Below are positions 15,231 to 27,399 of a stretch of DNA of 64,000 bases, piece by piece. Source of the stretch: Moniliella sp. 'wahieum' (lineage: Eukaryota); contig RSEE01000092.1 in NCBI GenBank assembly GCA_003971905.1, positions 186,001 to 250,000 of the forward strand, in the 5' to 3' direction. The position numbers and the translations under genes were made by a program. How positions within the stretch are numbered: the stretch's first letter is position 1; every line of letters begins with the position of its first letter. The notes under the pieces were generated by a model. That model saw only the letters and a program-made list of their open reading frames with translations. It did not search any database and was not told the DNA's origin.

Positions 15231-16062
15231 GGCGGCGGAGAGATGGTGGTGGGATGGCGGTGGGAAGGGCTGGATGGCGGTGGGATGGCGGTGGGATGGG
15301 CGGTGATATTTAGCCCCACTAGCCAGGGACGCTGGCTCCGTGAATCGGGGCCTCGGGCTTCGGGCACCCCAGCGCTCGGGCGTGGCCACCGCATTGCTTG
15401 CACCGATCCGCGTGAGAGCGGCACGGCGGGTGATCACCGGTCGCCTTCCATTCAATATTCCATTCATCCATTCATTCGTCGACGCACCAACCCCACTCCA
15501 GGTACTGACTGAAGAGGGAAGGAGGGAAGGAATCGCTCGCCGCTCCCAGCTCCCACCCATCCGAGCGAGCACTCCGGCGGACATCGGGATGGGCGGCCAT
15601 CCCGCCTTTCATTTCAAGATGTTCGCGGGGCAAGCGTTTCGTCCGCGTTGCTCGACCGGAGTAGAATGAGATGGAGCGGCAGTGGGTGGGCTGGACCTAC
15701 AAACAGCAATACAAACAGCACTGCCCAATTGGGAACTGGGTCAAGTTGGACTGGATCCACCAGAGGAGGGTTACTAGTTACTACGTTAATCCTCCGTCTC
15801 CAGGAGCGGAGGGAAGGGGGAAGACGGACACTCGCCACCGGGGGCTGCAATGTTGCAAAAAAGGGCAGCCGGTGGGGGCTAGGGTTGGGTGGACACTGCC
15901 GCCGTGCGGAATGCGGCGCAGCCAGGGCGCAGCAGGCGCTGCTCCACTCGGCACCAGCACAGCGTCTGCTAAAGTACCCCTGCGGGTATCTGCCTCTAGG
16001 ATCCCCCATCTGCGCCTCCTCTGCCCTCCTCTGCCCTTGCTCCAGCACTCACCGCCACCACC

Positions 16063-17326
16063 ATGTCTGCCCCACCCCCATCCCTTTCTCCGTCTCCCGC
16101 CCCACCCGCACCGGCGACACCGACGCAGACGCACAAGAAGGCCGCGCCCCCCCCCCACCAGCCCTCGCGCCTGCCACCGGGCACAGCCTGCTCCCGAGGT
16201 GCCCCCCACCACCCTTCCAGCCCTGTGGCCCTGGCCTCACCATCCGATTCCGGCTTCACTCGCGCTGCCGCCCGGCATGGTGGCCGCCGCTCCGGCCTTC
16301 CCTTGCTCTTCAGCGCTGGGACGAGTTCATCCGCCCCCCAACACTCCGCCCCAGCCGGCAGCAGCCTGGGACGCCTTGCTTCCCGCGCCACCGCTTGCTG
16401 GCGCCCCTACCTGGTCCATGCTGCAGCACGGCGAGGAGCAAGAGGGGATATCGCCTGCCACCTGGCCATCTCTTATGGTCGCAGGCAGCACTGCCCTCTT
16501 GGCACCGTCTGCAGCCTCGTGCTCCTCCTCTGCCATTGCGCCCGAGCATCTGCTCCCGCTTGCTCCTTCCCCCCCCGCCCCACCCAGCACGTCCTCCCTC
16601 GACTCGGAAGCATCCGACTCGTCTGCTTCTCCCACCGCCTGTGCGGCCCGGTCCAGCGTGGCCAGCGCAGCCTCCCTTCCCTCCACCCAGTCTTCCGCCC
16701 GCACCGAAGCCGGTGGGGCCGGTGGGGCCAGTGAAGCCGATGGGGCCGATGATTCGAAGCCCAGAACATCGGCCTGCACCCCGCACACCTCGTACGCTTC
16801 TTCCTCCAGCTCGCGCTCCATGGCATGCGGCAGCGACCATGTGGAGCCTGCTTGGGGACCCAGTCATGCCCGAACCGTTCCGTCACCAAGGTCGTATGCG
16901 CAAGCCCATTGTCCGTCGGCAACTGAGCGAGACGGCGAATGCAACGACCCCTGGGTAGGCTATACAGGCAAAACTTATGTCTGCCTTGTCAAAGAATGTG
17001 GCAAGAGCTTTAACCGTTCAGAGCACGTCAACGCCATGTCCGCTCGGTCCACATGCACCTGAAGCGTACGTACCCCTATCCCAGTTCTCTACCAACCGTC
17101 CATTTTGTGCTGGGGAAACAGAATAGGAGCACAAAGAAGCAGAGCTAGATTCTGACATGCGTGTGTTTGTTTGGTGTACCAGCCCATCTCTGCCCGCATG
17201 CCGGCTGCGGACGGTATTTTAGCCGCCACGATAATCTCAAGCAGCACGTGCGCACCCATCGTGTTGAGCGTAAGAGGGGCCAACGTCCGCGCGGCAGAGC
17301 GAACATCCTCTCCCGTCCCGCTTGAG
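16063..17326 (+). CDS. C2H2 zinc-finger transcription factor, Msn2/Msn4-type fingers, intron 17066-17182
   Basis: Finger 1 YVCLVKECGKSFNRSEHV.RHVRSVH. After splicing, finger 2 KPHLCPHAGCGRYFSRHDNLKQHVRTH. P/S-rich N-terminus; start approximate. Confidence 0.82.
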
Positions 17327-19582
17327 ATGCTTTCCTCTTTCCTCCTTTTTCCCCGCACCTTAGTCCATCCTATACAGGGACCACACGGTCTTTTCTACTC
17401 ACTTTTTCTTCCCTTGCCACTATACCGGACACATACCCACGCTCCCACACCACCTTTTTTCATCCTTTTCACCTTTTTCACCTTTTTCACCTTTTTCTTT
17501 CATCTTTTTTTCTCATACGCCTACACCTCTCACTCCTCTCTGAGAGGCCAACGATCCCGTAACGACGTTTCTTGACAATGACTGCCATACCCACTACTCA
17601 CTCTCTTCTTCGTACCGCTTTCTTGTGTTGGTGCTTCCCCTACTGTCTCCTTCTCTATAGAGTATAATCCCTTTCTTTGCTTTTGACCTGATGGCGGTGT
17701 AGAGGGCGGTAGGTCCCCTTCCCTTCTTCTTCCTACGCCACAGTTGCACACATGACCACATTCCTCCCCCCCCCCGCCGCCGCCCCCCTGATGCAACGGG
17801 TACTTCACTTCTGCCGTTGCATCGACGACGGTGCTCATTCCCCGTCCCCACCGGCCGCGGACGCCAATTCATATACATTACATGGATCTGACCTGATTCC
17901 CTCCCTTGCGTCTTTAGCATATATCCCTTTTCTCCCTCTTCTCCCTCTTCTCCCTCTTCGCCCTCTTCTCTCTTCGCTTTAGTGCCCCACAACCATCCAT
18001 TTACCTTTCGATATCCTACATCCTGTACATGCACCGACACACAGCCGCGGCACTCCAACCGCACAGTCTACTAACGTACTACTGTAAGTGTGCAATGTAC
18101 GCCACGAACGGGACGCGATAATGTGATAATGTAGCTAGTACAGGGGTGTGTGTGGCAGGAGGAGACCACACCCGTTTCGTCCCACTTCTAATCCCGTACT
18201 GCAAACGAGACCCCAACTTTTGAACTTGTCTGCGGAACTCTTCAGGGAACGAACGTTGAAAGATATATATGGCACTTCAATTCTCCCATATATACTATGG
18301 AATATACCACAGTAACAGCGGTGGTTCCCCACGACTCTTCTCTCAACAGTAGGCTTCGAAACGCAATAGCTTTTGTTATACATCTACACCACCGATCCTG
18401 ATCCTCGAAACCTACGCCTCGCATTGCCCGTACCTAGTGATAATAGCTAATTGCTCGCGAAGGTGATCGCCCTGATCCCTGAGTGATCGACAGGGACTGT
18501 AGTGTAGATGTGCGAAGGTCGGGGGGGGGGGGGGTTCACCATTTCTGGTAGGCCTCCTTTCCGAAGAGTGGGGTGCTCCACCCTTCCCACTCCCCACTTC
18601 CAATTTCCATCTTCCCCCTTGGACCGCCGCGTTGCACAGTAGCTCATCGAACTGCTGGATCTGTTTGTTGAGCTTGAAGCGATCTAACAGTCTGAATAGG
18701 TCCTTGGCTGATGGTGCAGGACCCCAGACCCACGACCCACGACCCAGGGGGAGCCACGAGCTTGAAACTGCGAGCATACTATATGCTACTGTGACTACTA
18801 AGACTAAAGACGAGCCGCTGGTGGCGCGCGTGCTCCTGTCGCTGGGGGATTGGTGAGGTATTGATGTATAGAAATGACGTCTCAGGAAAGATCTGTCTGA
18901 TTTCACCACGGTCGAGCTGGCTATACCTCCCCTCGCGTTCCTAAGTACCAAACAAGTGTGCGGGCAAAAGATCTGAGACACATGGATCATGCAAGAGTCA
19001 ATGGGAGGGAAACAGACTAGGGATCAGAACAGGACAGGGAAAAAGACCGGGTGCGGCCACAACAGTAAGGTTAAGGTCTCCGGAGGACAGTGGAGCGGTT
19101 GGTTGCCGGACCAAACCAAACCTTAAGACCGTGGCCGGGCGCACCCCATTCGAAAACAAACACCACCCTCCCACTTCTCGTGCCCGTGCACCCCACATAC
19201 GGGTCCACCGAACGAGCAGAGGGGGAGGGGGTATGCAAAACACACAAACTCAAACAAACAAACCAACAACCGCCCCGACTGCCCCCCACGGCCTGCACCA
19301 CCCACAACAGCCCAAACGGCCCCAACGGCCCCAACGTCCCAACCACCCACAACGTCCGCGACGGCCCCAAGGACCACGGGGCGCAGGGGCCGAAAGGGCA
19401 AGAGAAGACAGGGCACAGGAAGACTAGGCCAGGGCAGACAGACGAGGGAAGACAAAGAAAGGGAAGAAAAGGGCACGGGAAGGGGAAGAATGAGCTTAAT
19501 GAGCCGAGCCCAAAAAGAAGAAGAAAAGGGATTGGAAATTGGATGAGGGAAGATGAAAGGCCTAAAGTGAAAAAAATTGAAG

Positions 19583-22500
19583 CTAAATGTTGAGTGCCGA
19601 ACGCGGGGTGCGATTGGACAGAGGACCACGGCCTCGACCGTATCCTGCCGTCGGAGCGTCTTTGGCCGCGGCGTGGCGGGCGCGGGTGCGGGCCGAGATG
19701 GATGTGGATGTAGAAGCGGAAGCGGAAGTGGAAGTGGAGGCGGTGGAGGAAGAGCTGGTAGAGCGGGACGTGGTACGACGGGAAGAGGTAGGTCGAGTGC
19801 GGGTCGAGGAACGTGTTGTCACGGGAGCCTCAGCTACAGCTTGGGCTGTGGTACGCGCCGTACGAGCAGGCACGGTGGGACGGAACAGGCTCGCGGTCTC
19901 GGCGGTGCGGTTGAGTGCCATGGTGCGAGAGCGGGTGCGGACAGGGGACCGTTGTGAGGCTCCAAGTGCCGGTGGCGGTGGCGAAGGCGGGGGGGAGCAC
20001 GGGTCGATGCGTCTTTTAGTCCATACAGTGCTTTGACCGTGGGCGAGGCACGGGCAATGTTAGTTCTGGTCGGGGTGGTGACTTGGCCCGGTAGAGGCGA
20101 CTTTGTCCGGCCGCTTCGTCCGACGGCAAGGTCGGGGTAAGACGAATGTTGTGGGTACGACTGTCGCCGAGCACTCCGGCTGGGACATGGGCGCGCGGGG
20201 GCGTGCGCGGCCTTCGAACAGGACTAGTAAGGTGGAATCCATTCACCACTTTAGCCACTGGCGATTCGCCCGTGCCCAACGGCAGTGGAGCCGGCCGCGC
20301 AGACCCGCTCCGGCTCAGCACCGACGACGGCGAATAGTTGACCCGCGTCGGCGTGTTGGCCACATCGTCCCCATGGGGAGGCAAGTGGGACGGGGTGTGG
20401 CTGCCATCGCTCTCGTCTGACGAGGAACTTTCTCCGCCCAAGAGGAGCGCCGGCTTGCTCCGCCGCTCGGGGCTTGGGTTGCCACCTGCGCCCAAGGCCG
20501 AGGGAGGACGGGGCTGGGAAAATGGATTGCTGGGCGTGCGAGTGCGGAGGATGGGGTCGGGGCGGTGGCCGGGGCCAGAGCCGGCGAGAAGCAGGTTGGA
20601 CCCGGATGAGGCGGAACTGTTGCTGCCGCCAGAACCGCGGCGCGGGGAAAGGCCCGTGGAGAGATGGTGGACGTAGCGTTTGTGCACGGGCGACGGGCTC
20701 TTGCGTGGCTGGCCGACACATGGCGTGGGCTTGGCCCGTGCCACGGTGGACGGGGCATCGATGGGCGTGTGCGGGCGCGCCGGGCCCGGGTGTGACTGAC
20801 GGAGGCGGGGCCCTGGTGGGCAGCAAACACGTCGGCTGAGCCAACGGCGTGAACGGTCTGGGCCTTGGCTGGCCGCGGGGCCAACGGTTGGTTTTCCTGC
20901 CCCAGCGGGAGGTCGCCCGATTTTCTTTTCTTGGGTTTGCTGTTGGTGGCCAGGGCGGTGAGGGAGCGCGCCTCGGTCAGCTGGGCTTTGAGCTGGGCAA
21001 GCGTCTTGGCCATCTCGCGACGTTCGTGGGCCAACTTAGTTTCGGCCAACTTGCTTGCCCGCGCCTGTTCGCCCCACTTGACCCATTCGTCCGACTGTTC
21101 GTAGAGGAACTGCTGTTGGGGTCCTACCACACACCCGGGCCGCTGCACGCGCATCCAGCCAATGGCCTCGGATGCCTTGAAGCCGTACTTCCACACCAGA
21201 TACGCTCCAATCAGCACACCTGTCCGGCCCAGCCCGGCCTTGCAGTGCACAGCCACCACACCTCCCGCCTCGACCACCTTGTCGGCGCGGTCGATAAAGT
21301 CCTTGAGAATCTCCGCGGTCGGGTTCGAGCCATCGTCAAAGTACATGTCGACGTGATCGATGCCCGCTTGTTGGAAGATGGTCTTATCGTACAGCGCATT
21401 GTTGAGGCGCACCACCAGCTGGACCTTTCGCTGGGCAAAATCATGGATCAGCCGCGTCTTGCGCCTGTCCCATTCTTGGCTCTTGCGCTCATCGTCCGGA
21501 GTGAGGACCATATCGCGGCCCTCACGCAGGCGCTTGACATACACGGGGTCGTTGGGGCTGGCAAACGCAATGAAGGAAGGAGTGATCCAGTTCCAATCTC
21601 CGTTGGCCGGTTGCTCGGAATAAAAGTACTCGTCCAAATCAAAGCGGGCCAGATCAAACAGCCCATTCTGTTGGGCCCGCCACGCACCGTACAGCACATC
21701 TTGCAGTGTCAGGCAAAAGTCTGCACGACCATAGCCGGCGTCACGCCACGGCTGGAAATCCATTGCGGCAAATGGGTAAAACGCATCCGAGGGCGATTGC
21801 CCCAGGACGAGAACGCTGCGGAGGGCAGCCAGAGCAGCCGTGTTGGTCTTGCGGATCGGGTCCGAACTGGAGTAGAGAACAATTCCATGGTCTTTCAATG
21901 CCGGGTCCTGTGTAACAGCGACGAGAGTTAGTACGCATCCGCAGCCAGGAAGGAGACGAGGGTGGGGGGTAGAACGTACACGCGAGCGAGGCCATATGGT
22001 CACAGAACAGAAAGAGCATCGACATGTTGAACGGTCCCCAGTCGTCGTAGAATGGGAGGTACTCGTACGGGATGGACCGATCGCCAACAGTGTAGGGCAA
22101 TTCGGTGGTGACCCAGTGGAACTTTTGGGGCAGTGGCTGCTCGGCGCCCAGCCTTGTACCTCGCCTGCTTGGGGATGGAGGCCGTCGGGGTGGATGGCGG
22201 CCCAGTAGCGGAGGATGTGGTCGCCAGCGCTCATGGGAGGTTCGGGGGGGAACACGGCGGCGGCGGTGCCGTGGCCGGAATTGAGCGTGTCGGGTGTGCG
22301 GCATGGGCTCATGGAAGACGGCAAAGTAGAGGGGGGCGCGACCTCGATGAGCGGGGCGGTGGGCTGCGGGCAGACAAAGGACTGGGACAGGCTCGGTTGC
22401 TGCGACTGCGGAGCAGGGAGGGCATGGGTGGTGCTGGACAGGGCCATCCGAGCGGGAGACCGAGGGGGGCGTCGGCACCAAGTGCGTGGTCGTCGTCGCC

Positions 22501-22944
22501 GTCGTCGAGGCAGTCCGAGTCGTCGGGCGCAATGATGACGGTCTCGCTGGTGACGGAGCGCACCTGGGTGGCGGTGACGCCGGCAGGCAGGGCGAGGGGG
22601 ACAGCGGCGGGGGGGCGGAGCTGCGCATGGGGTGGGGGTGGCGGAGACGGGGGCGGTGGTGGTGGTGGAGAGGCCGAGGGGGCCACAGGCGGCGTGTGGA
22701 TCGAGTGGGCACCGGCGGGGAGCAGCGCCGGCTGGACTTTGGCGTGGCCGCTGCGTGGCCGTGCGGATCCACACTGCCCCCGTGCCGGCCCCCGTGCCTG
22801 GTTGGGCGACAATTCTAGCCCCCCCAAAGCACTGCCCCCGTGCCCCGCGTTCCGCTCACGTTTTCTGCCACCGCACGCGTCAGCGAGATTATCGATTAGT
22901 CCGCAGCCAACTCGCCCGCTCGACGCGTCCCCCTCCCACTCCAT
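19583..22944 (-). CDS. CDC14: Cdc14 dual-specificity phosphatase, intron 21979-21908
   Basis: YLPFYDDWGPFN, RDAGYGRADF, NGDWNWITPSFIAFASP, MYFDDGSNP, active site VHCKAGLGRTG, MRVQRPGCVVGPQQ. The intron has a TACTAAC branch. Start uncertain (22445-22944). Confidence 0.93.
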
Positions 22945-23099
22945 CTGATCTGCCCCATCCACCCCCACCGCCACGTCCAAGTCCCCGCGGACGGGGGAAT
23001 GCAATGCCTGCCCTCACGCACATACACCCAGCCAGCATCGTCAGCCGGGAAGCCAGACAGACCACCAGCAGAGACTGCACCTGACCGTTCTGATGCCTC

Positions 23100-24883
23100 A
23101 ACGAGAACAGCAGGAACACACGCGTGCCGATGGAGCTAGCTCCACTAGGAGGCCTTGGCCGTGTCGGCTCTTCTCCCCCCGGCGCGAGCTTGGCGAGCCT
23201 AGCCTTCATCTCTCCTCGACTCGCGGCTCTTAGTTCGCGTTCGAAGAGGACAAGGCAGACTCAGTGGCCTTCTTCGGCTGGGACGTAGACTGGACTTAGG
23301 ATCCACCGTTGTTTCGTTTATGGCCTGGACTGAGTTGGGTTCCTTGTCCATGTCCTGGCCTTGACCCTGACCCTGATCCTTATTGCTGATTCATGCACTG
23401 GACGTAGCATCCTTCCTACCCACCAACTCGCTGTTCTCTTCACTTCTTATTGCCCAGTTGCTCTCCACGAGAGCGTTGCTCTCGCTCTTCGTCTACCGCG
23501 TCTGCCTCCGTACGGAAACCGAGGGGCTGGAGAACATTTTGCTATCCTGTATCTTGTCCTCCTTCTGATCAAACCTCTTATCGAGCTTCTTGCTTTCCCA
23601 TTCCCGGCCCGCATCTCCGCCGATACCCTTCCCACCTCTGGTATCGCCCGCACTGCCCGTTGCATCGTCCGCCTACGGTCCTCCCTTGGGGCGTGACCCA
23701 AACCGGACGCGCACTACCAATCCGTAACGCTGGCTGCACCGGCGGTTGCGACGCGAAGGTCACCTGAACAACCACCTTTTGTGCTTGGAGCGGACTTGGC
23801 GCACGTGCTGTGCACATAGGGGGGCAAGCGCTCATCGGAATTGAGGCACATCCCCCGCACCCCACATCGGAATCCCATGCATCCCCCGCACCTTCTCGCT
23901 GACTGCCACGCGGGGTGGGGGAAGGGAAGGTTACATGTCGAAATCGGGTCTGCTGCGCGAGCGATGAGGGGGCGGAATAGGAGCGAAACGTTTGGAGCCC
24001 AAGGGGCAGAAGCAGGCCCCAACCCAAGTCGCCGGCGTGGGTTGCCCAGACGAGACCCGTCCGGCCCAACCGGCCCAGAAGGCACGTGTGCACCCCAAAG
24101 ATACAGGCGGGACCGGTGTGCAAACCACGGTACAGTGGTCCATGAAAGAAGAAGGGCAGGGACTTGGGTAGGTTGGATGGCGCAGGCGGGAGTGCAGCTG
24201 GTTTCCGTCCTGTCCCTAGAGCAGACGGAAGGCACGCGGGGCCGTGAGCCTGTGCAGGAGCATACAAGGATAGAGTAGCCGTAGCGGCAGGCGACCTTTG
24301 GCTCTGGCCTCTTCCTGGCCAACGCGGCGATATAATACAGGACGTTAACCCCTTGGGACTTGGTCGTATAGCCTGACGACCAAGTCCATGATGGATATAC
24401 CGAGCATCAAGGAGCCATGGGCAGCATCGGGCAAGGTCCAATTCGAAATGGTTATGCAACTGGCGTCTTCGACGGCGGAAGACGTGTGTGGGTTTTCGTC
24501 GCCCTGTCTACCACAAACGCGGGAGGCGAGGGGGGGGATGCAGTTTGTTGTTGAGGGCCAATTGCGTTACAACGGAGGAAGATGCGTTGGTGGTCGTCGT
24601 CCACCACTTCCTCCCCCTTTTGGGCTTGACCGTGTCCCATACCTTGTAAAAGGCCCTACGTACCACGGAAGTTGTCTGGCTGTGCTGAACGTTGATTTCT
24701 TCGTAGTTGTAGGACACGGTGTATATAAGCGGAAGCGACAAGCCAGCCGAGATGGACAGGTGGGCGCGCAGGGCCATCGCAAGCGACGCCAGCAAGCCTT
24801 CGTGGCTCGGCGCGACATCCGCCAAGAGCAAGCGCGTCTCGGCGGCATGCCACACTTTGTGCGCCGTCCACCAACTCGCCCAT
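23100..24883 (-). CDS. Hypothetical protein (frameshifted, unidentified)
   Basis: Successive protein-like minus-strand frames: KVWHAAETRLLLADVAPSHEGLLASLAMALRAHLSI..., DLVVRLYDQVPRGVNVLYYIAALARK..., then an acidic/charged tail ending EMKARLAKL. AACCCTAC motif upstream at 25032. Confidence 0.4.
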
Positions 24884-25247
24884 TTGCCAATGCAATGGCC
24901 CAGATGGGCCTTGGCCGCTTCAGGCCAAACGCCAGACCAAGTGAGGGCACAGCGAGGGGAGACAGGCACCGTGCCTGCGCGCACTGGGTGCTTTGCGTCG
25001 GGCCCACACTGGCGCCGTGCTACCTTCGACCAACCCTACTGACTATCAATGCAGCACTACAGGCACCAGGCGAGTGTACCTCTGCTGAAAAGCACTACGC
25101 AAAACAACCACCACTCGGTCGATCGTAACGCGTAACTAGTAAGGGCCACTATAACCAGCCTGCTTTCACGTCGCAAGTTGTTGCTCTGCTTTTGCGTTCG
25201 CACTGACATTCGTCTTCGTCTTCTCCTCCCTGCTTCTCCTCTTCCTC

Positions 25248-27147
25248 CTACAACGACGGCGTCGACGTTGACGGTGGTGGTGCCGGAGCCGGCACGCGGA
25301 ACGCCGGCCGCCCCAGGGCGCGCGTCGTGCGCAGCGTGGCAATCCCCGACCCCAGCCCTGCTCCGCCCGCCCGCTCCCGCTCCAACGCCGCCAGCGCATC
25401 CGGGAGCGTCACCCGCGTCACCGCCGCCGCTTCCTCCGCAGCCTTGGCGGCCTGACGCGACGCCAAGTCGCCCCATGCACCCGGCGCTGTCCCAGTGCCC
25501 AGTCCACCGCCCGCGCCTGCACCACCGCCGCCTGCTGCGGCGTCCTTGTCGCCATTGCCATTGCCGTTGCTGTGGCCGTGGCCGTTGGCATCGCCATCGC
25601 CATCGCCATCACCGTGTGGCCGTCGGCCTCTTTGCTGCCCGGCTGTGCTGCCGCTCCTGCCCGCCAAACCCATGCACGCCCGACGACATCCACGCGTAGC
25701 GCGACGAGCCTCCGCCCAAGGCCGATTGTGCCACCGAATCCGCCAACTTCTTTTGCACGTCCGGTGTGGCATGTTTTAAGGACACGTGCTTTTTTTTGCC
25801 GCCTTCTTCGACGGTGATTGCACCAGCGGGAGCGTCGGCGGGTTGGCCTGCACGTGGGCCAGACGCGTCTCCGACGGCAGCTTGGGCCTCCATTGCGGCA
25901 CGGTACCGTGCTTCGCGTTCGGCTCGCTTTGCTTGGCGCGCATCTCGGTTCGTCGTTCGACTTTTTCCAAAGCGGCGAGCAAGAGGTCTGGATTCTGCAC
26001 CACTTCCTGGTGAAACAGTGCTATCCTGCCCCGATCCGCCTTGGCGTTCCGCACATCCTGCTCATCCTCTCCTTGTCATCCTCCAAGCCCGCCTGGTCGG
26101 CCGAGCGTTGTTTTTGCGCCCGGGCCAGAAGCTGGGGGAGCATCCTGCCCACTCCACTGACGATGGCGTGCAGTTCGAACCATAATCTCAAGTAAGTTGC
26201 GGAACCGTTGTCGGGTAGCGAGGGAGAGTAGTTGAGCACCGTAGGATCCACATGCAAGCCTTGTTGGGCGGCAATCTGGTGCACCTTGACACTCAAATCC
26301 AGCGCGTGGAGGTACAGTCCGCCCTGGGTCGCATCGGCACCGGCGCGACGGAATTGGCCGGGCACACAGCGTCGAGGTGGGCGCACCCCCAATCGCTTCT
26401 TGTTCCGCACGAAGGTCAATGCCCGCACCCGTCATGACATCCAACGCATTCGTCGCATCGACGTGCACCTCGGCCCCGGGCCCAGGCGCGGCGCCCGCAG
26501 TGCGTTGGCTGTAGGCTGCTTCCCTTGGCACCTTCGCTTTTGATCGTCGGCTGGCGGGCTGGGAGAGGGCTTGCACCGCCGCAGCATGGACATGGGACGC
26601 ATGAGCCGAATCGCGTGATGCGTCGGAAGGACGTGGGTTCGGGCCGGTTGCCAGAGGCAGAGTGCCAGCAGCAGAGGCAGTACTGGCGCCAGTGGCGGTG
26701 GCGGTGGTGCCATTGGCGGTGCTGGCATTGGCGCCTGGGGAGCCCGCGGGGGTGGAGGGGCGGTCTTCTTGGCGGATGGCTTGGGCTGGCTGGAGCGGGG
26801 TTGGAAGGTTGTCGGCGGGGCGGGGCTAGGGAGCCGCGGGGAGAAGAGGGCGGGTTGAGGGCGGGTGCGCCGGTGAAGAGGTGTTGGGCATGGCAAGCCG
26901 GGAGGCCTGGGAAGGCGATGGGGAGGGGAGGAAGCGGGGTAGCCGGGGATGGCGGGGGCGGATGGGGAGCCGGCGGCGGAGGAGGCAGGGCTCTGGGCGT
27001 GCTGCTGAGGCGGCTGCTGGTGCTGGTGCTGGTGTGGCTGCTGCTGCTGCTGCTGCTGGTGGTGGCTGTTGTTTGGGCTGCGGCAGCGGCAGCGGCAGCG
27101 GCAGCAGCGGCGGCGTACTGCTGGGAGGAGTACATGCCGTTGTACAT
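25248..27147 (-). CDS. TAF4: TFIID subunit TAF4
   Basis: DATNALDVMTGAGIDLRAEQEAI, histone-fold LSLATRQRFRNLLEIMVRTARHRQW, DVQKKLADSVAQSALGG.SRYAWM, C-terminal RVTLPDALAALERE. Confidence 0.88.
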
Positions 27148-27399
27148 GGCGGTGGAGGTGGTGGAGATGGAGACGGAGGTGGCCGAGAGGCGGTGGTGGC
27201 GACGGCTGGCCGGCGAGGCGGGCGGATATTTGTGGGATTTAATTTTGGGATGAATTTGGGGCGAATTTGCGCGCTGGCTTGTAGGCTGCGACCATCAGCA
27301 TCACCCACCCAAGTCTTCCCCGCCAACGCGACGCGCTTCGCTGTGGCTGCTGTGGTTCTTCCTTTGCTGCTTTCTTCGTTGCCTCCGCCGCCACCACCA

